Source of the DNA: an uncultured Spirochaetota bacterium
GTDB lineage: Bacteria > Spirochaetota > Brevinematia > Brevinematales > JAOACQ01
Reading direction: 5' to 3'
Assembly: GCA_963783575.1 (NCBI GenBank)
Contig: CAWAOD010000015.1
Span: forward strand, 1 to 64,000
DNA: 64,000 nt
Shown: in pieces, positions 8,886-17,889 of the stretch
Numbering within the stretch: the stretch's first letter is position 1
Layout of the letters: each line of letters opens with the position of its first letter
Notes under the pieces: generated by a model
What the model saw: only the letters and a program-made list of their open reading frames with translations
Databases searched by the model: none
What the model was told of the DNA's origin: nothing
Program-made: the position numbers and the translations under genes

Positions 8886-11699
8886 TCATAAGCCTTCCGG
8901 CTCTCTTTTTTCAACTGCCCCACTTTGAGACATGCCTCTTTCATGGATCTTTTTTCCCATTTCCTCCGGAGTGGGAATGATCGACAGGTCAAGCTTTCCC
9001 ATATCTTCATCAGCGTAAAGCGAATAAAAGGCAGTTCCGCCCCTGTGTGTGTTTCCTCTGACCCTGATATATTCATATTCCGTCAAAACCCGCAGATATC
9101 GCTTGACAAACATCTGATTTAAGTTTGTCCTTTCCCTGATCTCCCTTTGTGTCAGGCTCACTTCTTCCGGCTTTAGGTTTTCCCGGTTCGCTTTCTCCTT
9201 GAGTATCCGGCGTATTTCATTATAAAGAAAAGCGGCTTGATGGGGGATATCATCCATTGTCGCCCCTAATATTCCTTTCACCATCACATTGTAGCCGATC
9301 CTGTAATCGTCAATGTCGCATTCGATGTATTCCGTCAGCCCTTCCCACCTGACGGGCTTCTGATATTGCCTTAAAAAGCATACGCAGGCGATCAAGTCCA
9401 TAAACCGGTCGTTGTCCCGCCTTGTTCTCATTAAATGGCTGGGGAAATCGAGGAACTCACCAAAAGGATTGACGATTAAAACCTTTCGTAAAAGCCGCTG
9501 CGCTGACTGATGCTTTTTGACGATCCCCGGTACAACATGAAGTTTTTCAAGGTGTCTGTCAAGCGAATACTTCTTGCGCTGGGCGGCGTGGATGCGCTGG
9601 GTCTGGTCCTGTGATTCATCGATGTGGGTCACAAAATACCTTGAAAGGTTTTCAGGGTTCAGGTTCTGCTTGGTTGTTGAAAGTACACTGGCAACGATCA
9701 TGGGAGTTTTCACTATCTTTGACGACATTTTCCCCGTTTTCTCATCTTTTGTCGTTACCAGCCTGGACAGTTCCTTTCTCGAAAGCATTTCCCTGATCTG
9801 GTGCTCTACAATATCGGAATGTACGGACTCGCCCAGCGTGAAGAATTTATGCTTGAAATCTTCGACATAGTTTAAAGCCTGATCGGAAAGGCTGGTTATA
9901 GCTACAACGTCCCTTTGAGGCACAAGCTTTTCAACCGTTTCCACAAGGTAGGACTTTCCGGCGGCGGATTCCGACAAAATAAGAATACTGATGGGATCGT
10001 CAAGTATACGGGAGCTGGCGCAGATATATAAAAGCTGTTTGTTCAAATCCTCGCCGACATAACCAATCTTTTCCATGTCTTTTACGATCTCGTCAAACAG
10101 GTTCGGGCTTTTCAGGAACTTTAACCCGGTTTCCCGTTCTTCATCCGTAAGGGCTGGCATTTCGGCGGTCTTTTCGCTCTCTTTCGCCTTCCTGTCCCGT
10201 TCCGCCTCGAAATAGTCAACAATTACCGAAAGGTCTTTTTCAACCCGTTTCGGCTCCACGCCGAGAAGCCTTGAAACCTGCAAAGCGAAAGAAGAACGGG
10301 AACGTGCGGAATATAAATCGATATTGTCAAAATACCGTTCGGTTGATATTCCGGGACATTCCGCCCTCACATTAACCCGGAGGCTTGTAATAAATACATC
10401 CTTGATGCCTGAAACCTTGTAAAGCATGTCGGAAATATAAAAAACAGTATTGAAACCTTCCTGACTCACTTTGAAAGAAGCTTCAAGCCCTTCCGTCTCT
10501 TTCTCTTTCTCGAAAATAGCGGCCTGTTCAATAAGGGCTTTTAAGTCTTCCTTTTCCAACTTCCCGGCTGTTAATGCCTCATTCCAGTCTTTACCGCCGA
10601 AAGGAGAAACAATTTTCACCCGGAAACCTTCGTTAATAAGGATTTCTTTTAGTTTCCCGCTTGCTGTTTGTCCTGCTTCATCATTATCAAGGGCCAGAAT
10701 GACCGTTTTAATCCGGTCGGCCTTCAAAATCTCAAGATGTTCGTCAGTAAATCCGTTTGTTCCATAGATCGGCTGGACATTCTCAAATCCGGTTTCAATG
10801 AGGCTAAGACAGTCAATAATGCACTCCGTTAAAATGATTTCGTCATAGACCTTTGAGGCTTTACGGTTGAAAACGCCCTGATGCTTGCCCTTTAGATAGC
10901 GATGTTTGAAACTGGAAGCGTCATCGATGTCACGACCATAAAAGGAAACGGTGTTTCCGCTGTCATCGAAGATCGGGAATATAACGCAGTTTAAGAAATG
11001 TTCTTTTCCATACTCATTAAATATACCAGCTTCGGTTAATTCTTTTCTCTGGCTTTCTCCGGTAACAAGGTTTAAGCATCCATCAGCAAAGCCGATCTGA
11101 AAGCGTTCGTAATATTCCGTGTTTGTTAAGCCTCTTGCCTTGAGATATTCGAGGGCTTCCGGATGATCAAAAAGCCTTTTATGATAATAGTTTTTAACCG
11201 TGTTCAAGTCTTTGATTCTTTCGTCTTCTGAAGAAGATAAAACTACATTGGATGAGTTAACCGGAGGTTTTCCTCCTTTATTCGTGCTGGTATTCGTAAG
11301 CGGCAGTTCGGCGGGAATCGATGAAAATGAGACTTCGCCAGCGGTAAAGGCTGGCGCGCCTCGCCAATCTTTCAGGAACTTCAAAGCCTCTTTGAAATCA
11401 AAGCCTTTCATCTTTTCCACCAGGTCGAAGGCGTCTCCGGCTTCTCCGCATCCGAAGCAGTTATATAAACCTTTTTCTTTATCGACCGAAAGGCTGGCCG
11501 TTTTGTTGTCATTATGCCACGGGCAAAGCCCTTTAAAATTCTTGCCGACTTTTAAGAGCTTCACGTTAAAATAGGCGAATAATTCAACAATATCAATATT
11601 CTTCTTTATGTCGTCCTTCTCGAATTCTTCAAGGAATCCTCTAACTTTCAAAGTCTTTTGCCCCTTTAGAAGGTCTTTTTTCGGAGGCATACCGGTCAT
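8886..11699 (-). CDS. DNA primase: CHC2 zinc finger, Toprim and C-terminal P-loop/helicase-like domain (copy 2)
   Basis: CPWH/CFGC, ILTECIIDCLS, ALDNDEAG, KDWNE, SESAAGKS. Confidence 0.9.
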   Translation of the reverse strand: MTGMPPKKDLLKGQKTLKVRGFLEEFEKDDIKKNIDIVELFAYFNVKLLKVGKNFKGLCPWHNDNKTASLSVDKEKGLYNCFGCGEAGDAFDLVEKMKGFDFKEALKFLKDWRGAPAFTAGEVSFSSIPAELPLTNTSTNKGGKPPVNSSNVVLSSSEDERIKDLNTVKNYYHKRLFDHPEALEYLKARGLTNTEYYERFQIGFADGCLNLVTGESQRKELTEAGIFNEYGKEHFLNCVIFPIFDDSGNTVSFYGRDIDDASSFKHRYLKGKHQGVFNRKASKVYDEIILTECIIDCLSLIETGFENVQPIYGTNGFTDEHLEILKADRIKTVILALDNDEAGQTASGKLKEILINEGFRVKIVSPFGGKDWNEALTAGKLEKEDLKALIEQAAIFEKEKETEGLEASFKVSQEGFNTVFYISDMLYKVSGIKDVFITSLRVNVRAECPGISTERYFDNIDLYSARSRSSFALQVSRLLGVEPKRVEKDLSVIVDYFEAERDRKAKESEKTAEMPALTDEERETGLKFLKSPNLFDEIVKDMEKIGYVGEDLNKQLLYICASSRILDDPISILILSESAAGKSYLVETVEKLVPQRDVVAITSLSDQALNYVEDFKHKFFTLGESVHSDIVEHQIREMLSRKELSRLVTTKDEKTGKMSSKIVKTPMIVASVLSTTKQNLNPENLSRYFVTHIDESQDQTQRIHAAQRKKYSLDRHLEKLHVVPGIVKKHQSAQRLLRKVLIVNPFGEFLDFPSHLMRTRRDNDRFMDLIACVCFLRQYQKPVRWEGLTEYIECDIDDYRIGYNVMVKGILGATMDDIPHQAAFLYNEIRRILKEKANRENLKPEEVSLTQREIRERTNLNQMFVKRYLRVLTEYEYIRVRGNTHRGGTAFYSLYADEDMGKLDLSIIPTPEEMGKKIHERGMSQSGAVEKREPEGL

Positions 11700-11700
11700 G

Positions 11701-12462
11701 TTACACCTCCAGCCTTAAAAGCATTTCCTCACCGAGGGCTTTGATTTCTTCGGCGGCTTTTGACGGTCTCCCATCGACACGAGGCCGGAATATAACGCCG
11801 GATTTTGAGGCAATAGCTTCCTCAATACGGATAGATCTGGAAATTGAGGTATTAAAGACTTTTTCCCCAAAAGCTTCCCGGATCTCACCATAGATCTGTC
11901 TGGTGATTACAGGATTCGATTCATAGGCATTAATAATAACACCGAGGAGCTGCAAGCCTGGATTGAAGTTTTTTCTTACCTTCGCAACCGTGGCCATTAA
12001 ATCATTAGTTCCCTGCATACTGTAAAGGCTTGGATTCATGGGAATAACAACAAAGTTTGAAGCCGTTAATGCGTTACCGGTAAGAATGCTTAAAGACGGA
12101 GGGCTGTCGATTAAAATAAAGTCATAGGTCTGGAATAATTCGCCTTCTAAAAGGTCTTTCATTTTAGTAAAAGCATCCAGTTCACCGATTAAAGATTTCT
12201 CAAGGCTGGCCAGCTTCACGCCGCCGGATAAAAGAGACAAATTAAACTTCACTTCTTCCGGCTCATAGTCGCTGCCAGTTAAGGCTTCAAATAAGCCGAA
12301 GCCGGGAATATCGACAAGGCTTTTAGACAGATTTGCTTGAGGATCGGCGTCGATCATTAAAACACGGTAATTCTTTTCAGAAAGGTAAATTCCTAACTCT
12401 CTGGTGCAAGTCGTTTTGCCAACTCCGCCCTTCTGGTTACTGAAAACAATGATTTTCTTCAT
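11701..12462 (-). CDS. parA: ParA/Soj family ATPase (copy 2)
   Basis: NQKGGVGKTT, IDADPQAN, IDSPPSL. Confidence 0.92.
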   Translation of the reverse strand: MKKIIVFSNQKGGVGKTTCTRELGIYLSEKNYRVLMIDADPQANLSKSLVDIPGFGLFEALTGSDYEPEEVKFNLSLLSGGVKLASLEKSLIGELDAFTKMKDLLEGELFQTYDFILIDSPPSLSILTGNALTASNFVVIPMNPSLYSMQGTNDLMATVAKVRKNFNPGLQLLGVIINAYESNPVITRQIYGEIREAFGEKVFNTSISRSIRIEEAIASKSGVIFRPRVDGRPSKAAEEIKALGEEMLLRLEV

Positions 12463-12473
12463 TGCCGCCCCCC

Positions 12474-12752
12474 CTAAATTGTGCCGGGGGCTTTCATTTC
12501 CCGGAGTTCCCTTTTAGCTTGACCTACAAGCGTTGTAAGCTGGTTGTAAGTCCGCCTGAAAACCATGACATTAACTGCGGCCTCTCCGTTCAGATAAACA
12601 ACTTGCGCCTTCTGGATTCCTTCGCCTGATAAAATGAATTTTCCCATTTCCTTGCGGTTCTGGCTGACGATTTCGACCTTTTCCAGCTTGAAGCCTTCAA
12701 TCAGATAAAAGGCGGCTTCATAAAGGTCGGTGGTACTGATAAGACCTGACAT
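12474..12752 (-). CDS. Small conserved protein (DUF5659-like), copy 2
   Basis: Homology to the other two copies; GGAGG RBS. Confidence 0.7.
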   Translation of the reverse strand: MSGLISTTDLYEAAFYLIEGFKLEKVEIVSQNRKEMGKFILSGEGIQKAQVVYLNGEAAVNVMVFRRTYNQLTTLVGQAKRELREMKAPGTI

Positions 12753-12801
12753 GACGGGTCCCTCCTAAAAATAAAATTTTATGGAGGGTTACGCCTCGAT
12801 A

Positions 12802-12977
12802 TTGATTTAGTACAATGAATAATGTATAATATATTCGAGGTTAAACCCTCGGAGTTAAAAGCCCTTGTTTCTCGCTGCGACCAAACTTTGAGGAGCAAGG
12901 GCTTTCTTTTAATCGGTTAAGTTACTATATACACAACTTGTTGTGTTAATGGTAACATATTTCTTTAAGGTTGTCAA
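12802..12977. promoter_or_regulatory. Convergent promoters and putative antisense RNA (copy 2)
   Basis: Plus TTGATT-17-TATAAT at 12802-12830; minus TTGACA-17-TACCAT at 12949-12977; hairpin GCCCTTG...CAAGGGC between them. Confidence 0.6.
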
Positions 12978-12980
12978 GCA

Positions 12981-13652
12981 ATGAAAAATTTTTTTAAAGA
13001 ATTGCGTACTTTTTTTGGTCTTACTCAAGATGAACTAGCAAAAAAACTGTCTCTTGAAAGTGGTAAGTCAATTTCAATGTTTGAATCTAGTCCAGTCTAT
13101 CCACCTCTGAATAGTTTAATCAAATTATCCGTAATTTACGGCCTTTCAATTGATTACCTGATACTTAATAATAACTGTAATTACCCCAGGAATATCAAAC
13201 TACTCTCCCTCGCCAAAGAATTTGACAGTTCAGCGCAATACCAATCCAGAGGCCATGTCGAAGCATCGGCGCAAGTTTTCCTGAAAGATAAAAATAACGA
13301 GGAAATTAAACAAGACTTTTTAGAAATAGAACTCGGTAACGATTTCCGATCAAATCTCAAGACAATAAGAACATATCGACAAAAGTCTCAATTAGAGCTT
13401 GCCCAATATTTAGGAGTCGGAAGAACAGCAATTACACTCTATGAGCAAAGAAATTTTCCAGCCGTTGAAAATTTGATTAAGATTTCTGCTTTCTTTGATG
13501 TCTCTATGCATGCTCTGCTGACAGGCCAGAAACTCAATTATCAATTTACCGATGGACACTTCGGTAAGACTATGCTTTTAGCGGACAGGCTTTTACCTTT
13601 AGAGAAACAAAAGTATTTAGTAGAATTGATGGAAGGGATTTCACGAAGCTAA
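12981..13652 (+). CDS. XRE-family repressor with two HTH domains
   Basis: Two repeats of KxLR...(T/S)QxELAxxL...(I/Y)E...P..xxLIKxSxxxxxS. Confidence 0.88.
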   Translation: MKNFFKELRTFFGLTQDELAKKLSLESGKSISMFESSPVYPPLNSLIKLSVIYGLSIDYLILNNNCNYPRNIKLLSLAKEFDSSAQYQSRGHVEASAQVFLKDKNNEEIKQDFLEIELGNDFRSNLKTIRTYRQKSQLELAQYLGVGRTAITLYEQRNFPAVENLIKISAFFDVSMHALLTGQKLNYQFTDGHFGKTMLLADRLLPLEKQKYLVELMEGISRS

Positions 13653-13876
13653 GCCGTAATATCTTTCTATTCCCGCTAATAAGTGCCGTTTAGAAATATA
13701 GTGCCGTCTCTCTGCCCGCCCTCGTGGACTGCTGGGTTAGAGCCTGTCTCTGCAGTCCGTCGGGCGGGCAGCCTGCCTCTCTCCTACGCTCTTAACATAA
13801 CGCAACTTACCCGCAAGCCGGATAGAAAGAATCCTTACGTCATCAGCACGTCCGGCCCGCCGGTAAGTTGGCATTA

Positions 13877-15839
13877 GTCGAGTAGAGAAGTGAGCTTCGG
13901 CATTTAGACTCCGGCATAGTTCCGTTTCCGGGTTTCCCCTTTTGTGCCTTAGTATCCGTATATCCTGCACTTTATACTCCTTCCCCCTCACAGAACCCAT
14001 CGTGCGGATTTCCCGCAATAGGCTCTTCATCAATACTCACTTTGCTTTGCCGGTCGTATTGAATTTATGGTATATCTTCGGTTTTGGTATTCCATATTTT
14101 TCTTCATACTTCGCAAATTTTTCCCAGTTGAAACTTCCTTTCTGACTTCTGCGATTCGACCATTTGAATACCATTCTTCTTGTCAGATAGTAGAATGTGC
14201 TAATTCCCTTCCAGTTGCCGCTTATACCATAGTATTGATAGTGTCCTGTCATCTTCTCCTTAAGCAATTTCCACCATATCTTGATCTCCGATGTGCACCT
14301 TACTTCCTTCAACCATTGATTCATTTCTTTGAGCTTTGCCTTCAGCTTCCTATTGTCCGTTATCCTGCCTACTCTGAAATTCTCATCTTCAAATTCATCG
14401 CAGTAATGGGTAAATCCCAGAAAATTGAAGACCTCCGTTTTCTTTCCTTCTCTTTCGGCTTTTTCTTTAGCTTTTCTGCCGAATTCGATTACTCTGGTTT
14501 TGTCCTCAGCTATTTCCAGTCCGTAATTTTGCAGTCTTTTCTTCAGACTTTCCAGTATGGCATTGGTTTCTCTTTGATTTTCCGCACAGATTATAAAGTC
14601 ATCCGCATATCTCACCATCTCTACAAAACCTTTCGCTTTCGTTTTAACTTCGTTTTCTATCCATCTGTCTATTACGTAATGTAGATAGATATTTGCCAGC
14701 ACTGGTGATAGAATGCCTCCCTGCGGTGTTCCTTTTTCTGTTTCTTCAATTTTGCCTTCTTCCATTACTCCACCTTTCAGGAATCTCAGTATCAGCCTTA
14801 GAAACTTTTCATCAGCTATTCTTTGCTTTAGAAATGCTTCCATCCATTGATGGTTTACATTATCAAAGAACCCTTTGATGTCCGCATCGATAATGTGATT
14901 GACCCGTCTGCGCTCGATTGTTTTGACCAGCTTTTCAAGAGCGTCATGACATCCACGTTCAGGTCTGAATCCATACGAGCAGTCCAGAAAGTCTTCTTCC
15001 CATATCGCTGTCAGTATGCGGGTAATGCCCATCTGTACTATTTTGTCTTCCACAGACGGTATTCCCAGCGGTCGCATTTTACCGTTCGCCTTGGGAATGT
15101 ATACCCTTCTTACAGGTTTCGGTTTGTATGCCTGCCGCTTCATCCTTTCGACAAGGTCTTGAAGGTTCTTTTCCAGACTCTCTTCATATTCTTCCAGGCT
15201 CACTTCGTCAATTCCTGTGGCTTTCCCTTTCTTAAGCAGGTAGAAGCAGGCTCTCAGATTGTTTACGTTCATAAGGTGCGCTAAGTTGTTAAATCGACAC
15301 TCTTTGTCTTTTCCGGCTATCTCCGATCTGAGGCGCAGTTTAGTTTCCACAATTTCCTCCAATTCGGCGATTGGTTTGTGTTTCCCTCCGCCTTACGTAT
15401 TAATGCTAATCCCTTCGCTCCACGGTCATTACCCGCTTCTTCGCTACTATGAATTAGTCCGACTTCCTGACTGCCTTTTCCGCATTCTCCCATTTTCCGA
15501 TTGTTTGCAGATACCTTTTCAGGGACAGGCAGGATCTCGCAAGTTCCTGCAATTTCCTTTCAATACCATTCCGCGGACTTTGACTCCGGGAGAGCGGCGT
15601 ATCTCCAACCTCATTAAGATATGCCGTTTCGCCTTCCAGCTTAACAACACTGTCGGCCTCTCCATTTCGGTATTACGGAGCTCTATACCTTCACTTGCGT
15701 TGCGGACTGACATTTCCCTTCTGCCGGCTTCATCTATTTTGTTACCGCCATAGATGCGGCATAGGTGACAGGCTGTTGGCTCTACATTACCTGTGCCGGA
15801 CTTTAACCGGCAAGAAATTGCAAGCTTCGCTTGCCGCAC
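13877..15839 (-). mobile_element. Group II intron 1
   Basis: 5' GTGCG at 15839; 3' ...CTACTCGAC at 13877; domain V GAGCCTATTGCGGGAAATCCGCACGATGGGTTC near 13995-14027; internal RT ORF. Confidence 0.92.
14037..15362 (-). CDS. ltrA: Group II intron reverse transcriptase/maturase (no En domain)
   Basis: RRVYIPK...RPLGIP, SYGFRP, GTPQGGILSP, YADD, FNFLGF; ends after domain X. Confidence 0.95.
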   Translation of the reverse strand: MEEIVETKLRLRSEIAGKDKECRFNNLAHLMNVNNLRACFYLLKKGKATGIDEVSLEEYEESLEKNLQDLVERMKRQAYKPKPVRRVYIPKANGKMRPLGIPSVEDKIVQMGITRILTAIWEEDFLDCSYGFRPERGCHDALEKLVKTIERRRVNHIIDADIKGFFDNVNHQWMEAFLKQRIADEKFLRLILRFLKGGVMEEGKIEETEKGTPQGGILSPVLANIYLHYVIDRWIENEVKTKAKGFVEMVRYADDFIICAENQRETNAILESLKKRLQNYGLEIAEDKTRVIEFGRKAKEKAEREGKKTEVFNFLGFTHYCDEFEDENFRVGRITDNRKLKAKLKEMNQWLKEVRCTSEIKIWWKLLKEKMTGHYQYYGISGNWKGISTFYYLTRRMVFKWSNRRSQKGSFNWEKFAKYEEKYGIPKPKIYHKFNTTGKAK

Positions 15840-16096
15840 TGTTAAGTATCCCCAATTCTCTAACCTTTAGGCTCATTATTCCAGGTTCCTTCTTCTTTAG
15901 GGGCTGGGTCTACCGCTCTGTCGGTCGGCAGGGCTGGCGCATCTTTCAAACTTTGTCGCACCCTCCCGCCACACCCACCGCCCCGGCGGTAAATATTGCC
16001 GTTTAGATATCTCCTTTCGTGGCTCCTAGAATTTCAATTCATTTCAAGATATACAATTAACAAACCGATAATCTCTTAATATAAAGGGGTTAATAA

Positions 16097-17872
16097 ATGA
16101 GCGATACAAAAGAAGCTTTTTTTAGCGTGAACACTAAATTAGCCAGTATTCTTGGAGAAAATTACCGCTCAACAGAATTTGCACTCAAAGAATTAGTAGA
16201 TAACGCCTGGGATGCAGACTCAGAAAACGTAAGAATCTCATTACCAGACCCTTTAACAACCAATCCAATCGTTATAGAAGATGATGGAACAGGAATGACC
16301 GACAGAGAATTACGACTTGAATATCTTTCTATTGCTAATGACAGAACATCAAGAAAGGGTGAAACAACTGCTAAAAAAAATAGAAAAGTAAAAGGAAGAA
16401 AAGGGATTGGTAAATTCGCCGGACTTGTTGCGGCCGAAGTTATGGAAATAGAAACAAGAGCAATTGGTACAAGATCAAGATTAATAATTAATAAAAATAA
16501 TGTACTTCATGCAAAAGAAGACTTAGAAAAGATTGCACTTCCAATAATAATAGAAAATTGCAATCAAAACGAACACGGGACTAAGTTAAGTCTTATTAAC
16601 CTACATCAAAACCTTGCTTTCCCAAATCCAGAAAAATTAAAACAAATATTAATTCTTGAATATGGCCGTCAGAATGATTTCAAAATTATGGTTAATAATG
16701 AGTATCTTGGAATTGAAGATATTCCAGGACAATCATTTGAGAAAGAAGAAAGCATCGAACAAATTGGGAAAATTAAATTAAAATTTACGATTGCCGATGG
16801 AAATAAACCACTCAAACAATCTGGAATCATTGTTCGGGTCCATGGTAAAATCGTAGGAAATCCAACATTCTTTGGATTAGAAGATTCTGAAGAAATACCC
16901 AATAAATTACTTAAAAAATTATATGGTGAAATTGAAGCGGATGGACTCGCAGACGATGTAACAGCGGATTGGGGCGCAATCATTGAAAATAGTAATGCTT
17001 TTCAAGTCCTAAAAAATTATGTCTCTAAGGAATTAAATGAAGAATTGAGAAATACATTTAAAAAAGAAATTGGCCTTGTTCAAGCAAGATTGCAAAAACA
17101 AATAGATAGTGAATTATCAAAACTCCCAGAATACAAAAGAGATTACGCAAAAAAAGCTTTAGAAAAGATAATAAAAAAATTTTACTGCGAAAGCGAAGAT
17201 AAAATACTTACTGTAATATCCGTTATACTTGACGCCTTGGAAAAAGATGAATACTGGACAGTTTTGAGTAAAATTGATGCGGCTAAAGATGGTGATATCG
17301 AACTTTTTGCAGAAACACTTTCGGATTTTGGTATTTTAGACATTGCCCTGATTATCAGACAAATGCAAAAACGATTGAAATTCTTAGATGAATTAGATTC
17401 ATTAGTGAATAATCCCAAAACCTTAGAAGGTACCATTCACAAAGCTCTTGAAAATAATTTATGGGCTTTTGGTTCTCAATTTTCATTAATGTCCTCTAAC
17501 AAGACGCTTAAAAGTATTGCTGAAAATAATCTACCCACCAAACATGAAATATCTGTTGATCATGAAAGAAAGCGTCCTGATTTAATCCTTTCAAAGAATA
17601 TAAGAAACGATTATCTATTAATAGAATTTAAAGCTCCAAATATTACGATTGGTAGAGATACTGAAAGGCAGGCTCTTGAATATCGAGATGATCTGAATAC
17701 CCTTTTCCCTTCTCAAAAAATAGATATTATCATTTTGGGCGGTAAAACTAATGAAAACATATCTTCCCACAATCAAAGACCCGATGTAAAATATATGTCA
17801 TATCTCCAATTGATAAGTGATGCAAGAACTGAGCTTGAATGGTTAATCAAAGAATTAAGACAAGATATATAG
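16097..17872 (+). CDS. GHKL (Hsp90/MORC-like) ATPase fused to a C-terminal PD-(D/E)xK nuclease-like domain
   Basis: ELVDNAWDA, DDGTGM, GRKGIGK; C-terminal RPDLIL...LIEFKAP. Confidence 0.8.
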   Translation: MSDTKEAFFSVNTKLASILGENYRSTEFALKELVDNAWDADSENVRISLPDPLTTNPIVIEDDGTGMTDRELRLEYLSIANDRTSRKGETTAKKNRKVKGRKGIGKFAGLVAAEVMEIETRAIGTRSRLIINKNNVLHAKEDLEKIALPIIIENCNQNEHGTKLSLINLHQNLAFPNPEKLKQILILEYGRQNDFKIMVNNEYLGIEDIPGQSFEKEESIEQIGKIKLKFTIADGNKPLKQSGIIVRVHGKIVGNPTFFGLEDSEEIPNKLLKKLYGEIEADGLADDVTADWGAIIENSNAFQVLKNYVSKELNEELRNTFKKEIGLVQARLQKQIDSELSKLPEYKRDYAKKALEKIIKKFYCESEDKILTVISVILDALEKDEYWTVLSKIDAAKDGDIELFAETLSDFGILDIALIIRQMQKRLKFLDELDSLVNNPKTLEGTIHKALENNLWAFGSQFSLMSSNKTLKSIAENNLPTKHEISVDHERKRPDLILSKNIRNDYLLIEFKAPNITIGRDTERQALEYRDDLNTLFPSQKIDIIILGGKTNENISSHNQRPDVKYMSYLQLISDARTELEWLIKELRQDI

Positions 17873-17889
17873 TTAAGTCTTTCTATAAG

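Larger units (their letters stand above)
13790..15847. repeat. dif-like hairpin C, interrupted by group II intron 1
   Basis: Minus CTTGCGGGTAA-GTTGCG-TTATGTTAAGA. Plus CCCGCCGGTAA-GTTGGCA-TTA|TGTTAAGT is restored when 13877-15839 is removed. Confidence 0.75.
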
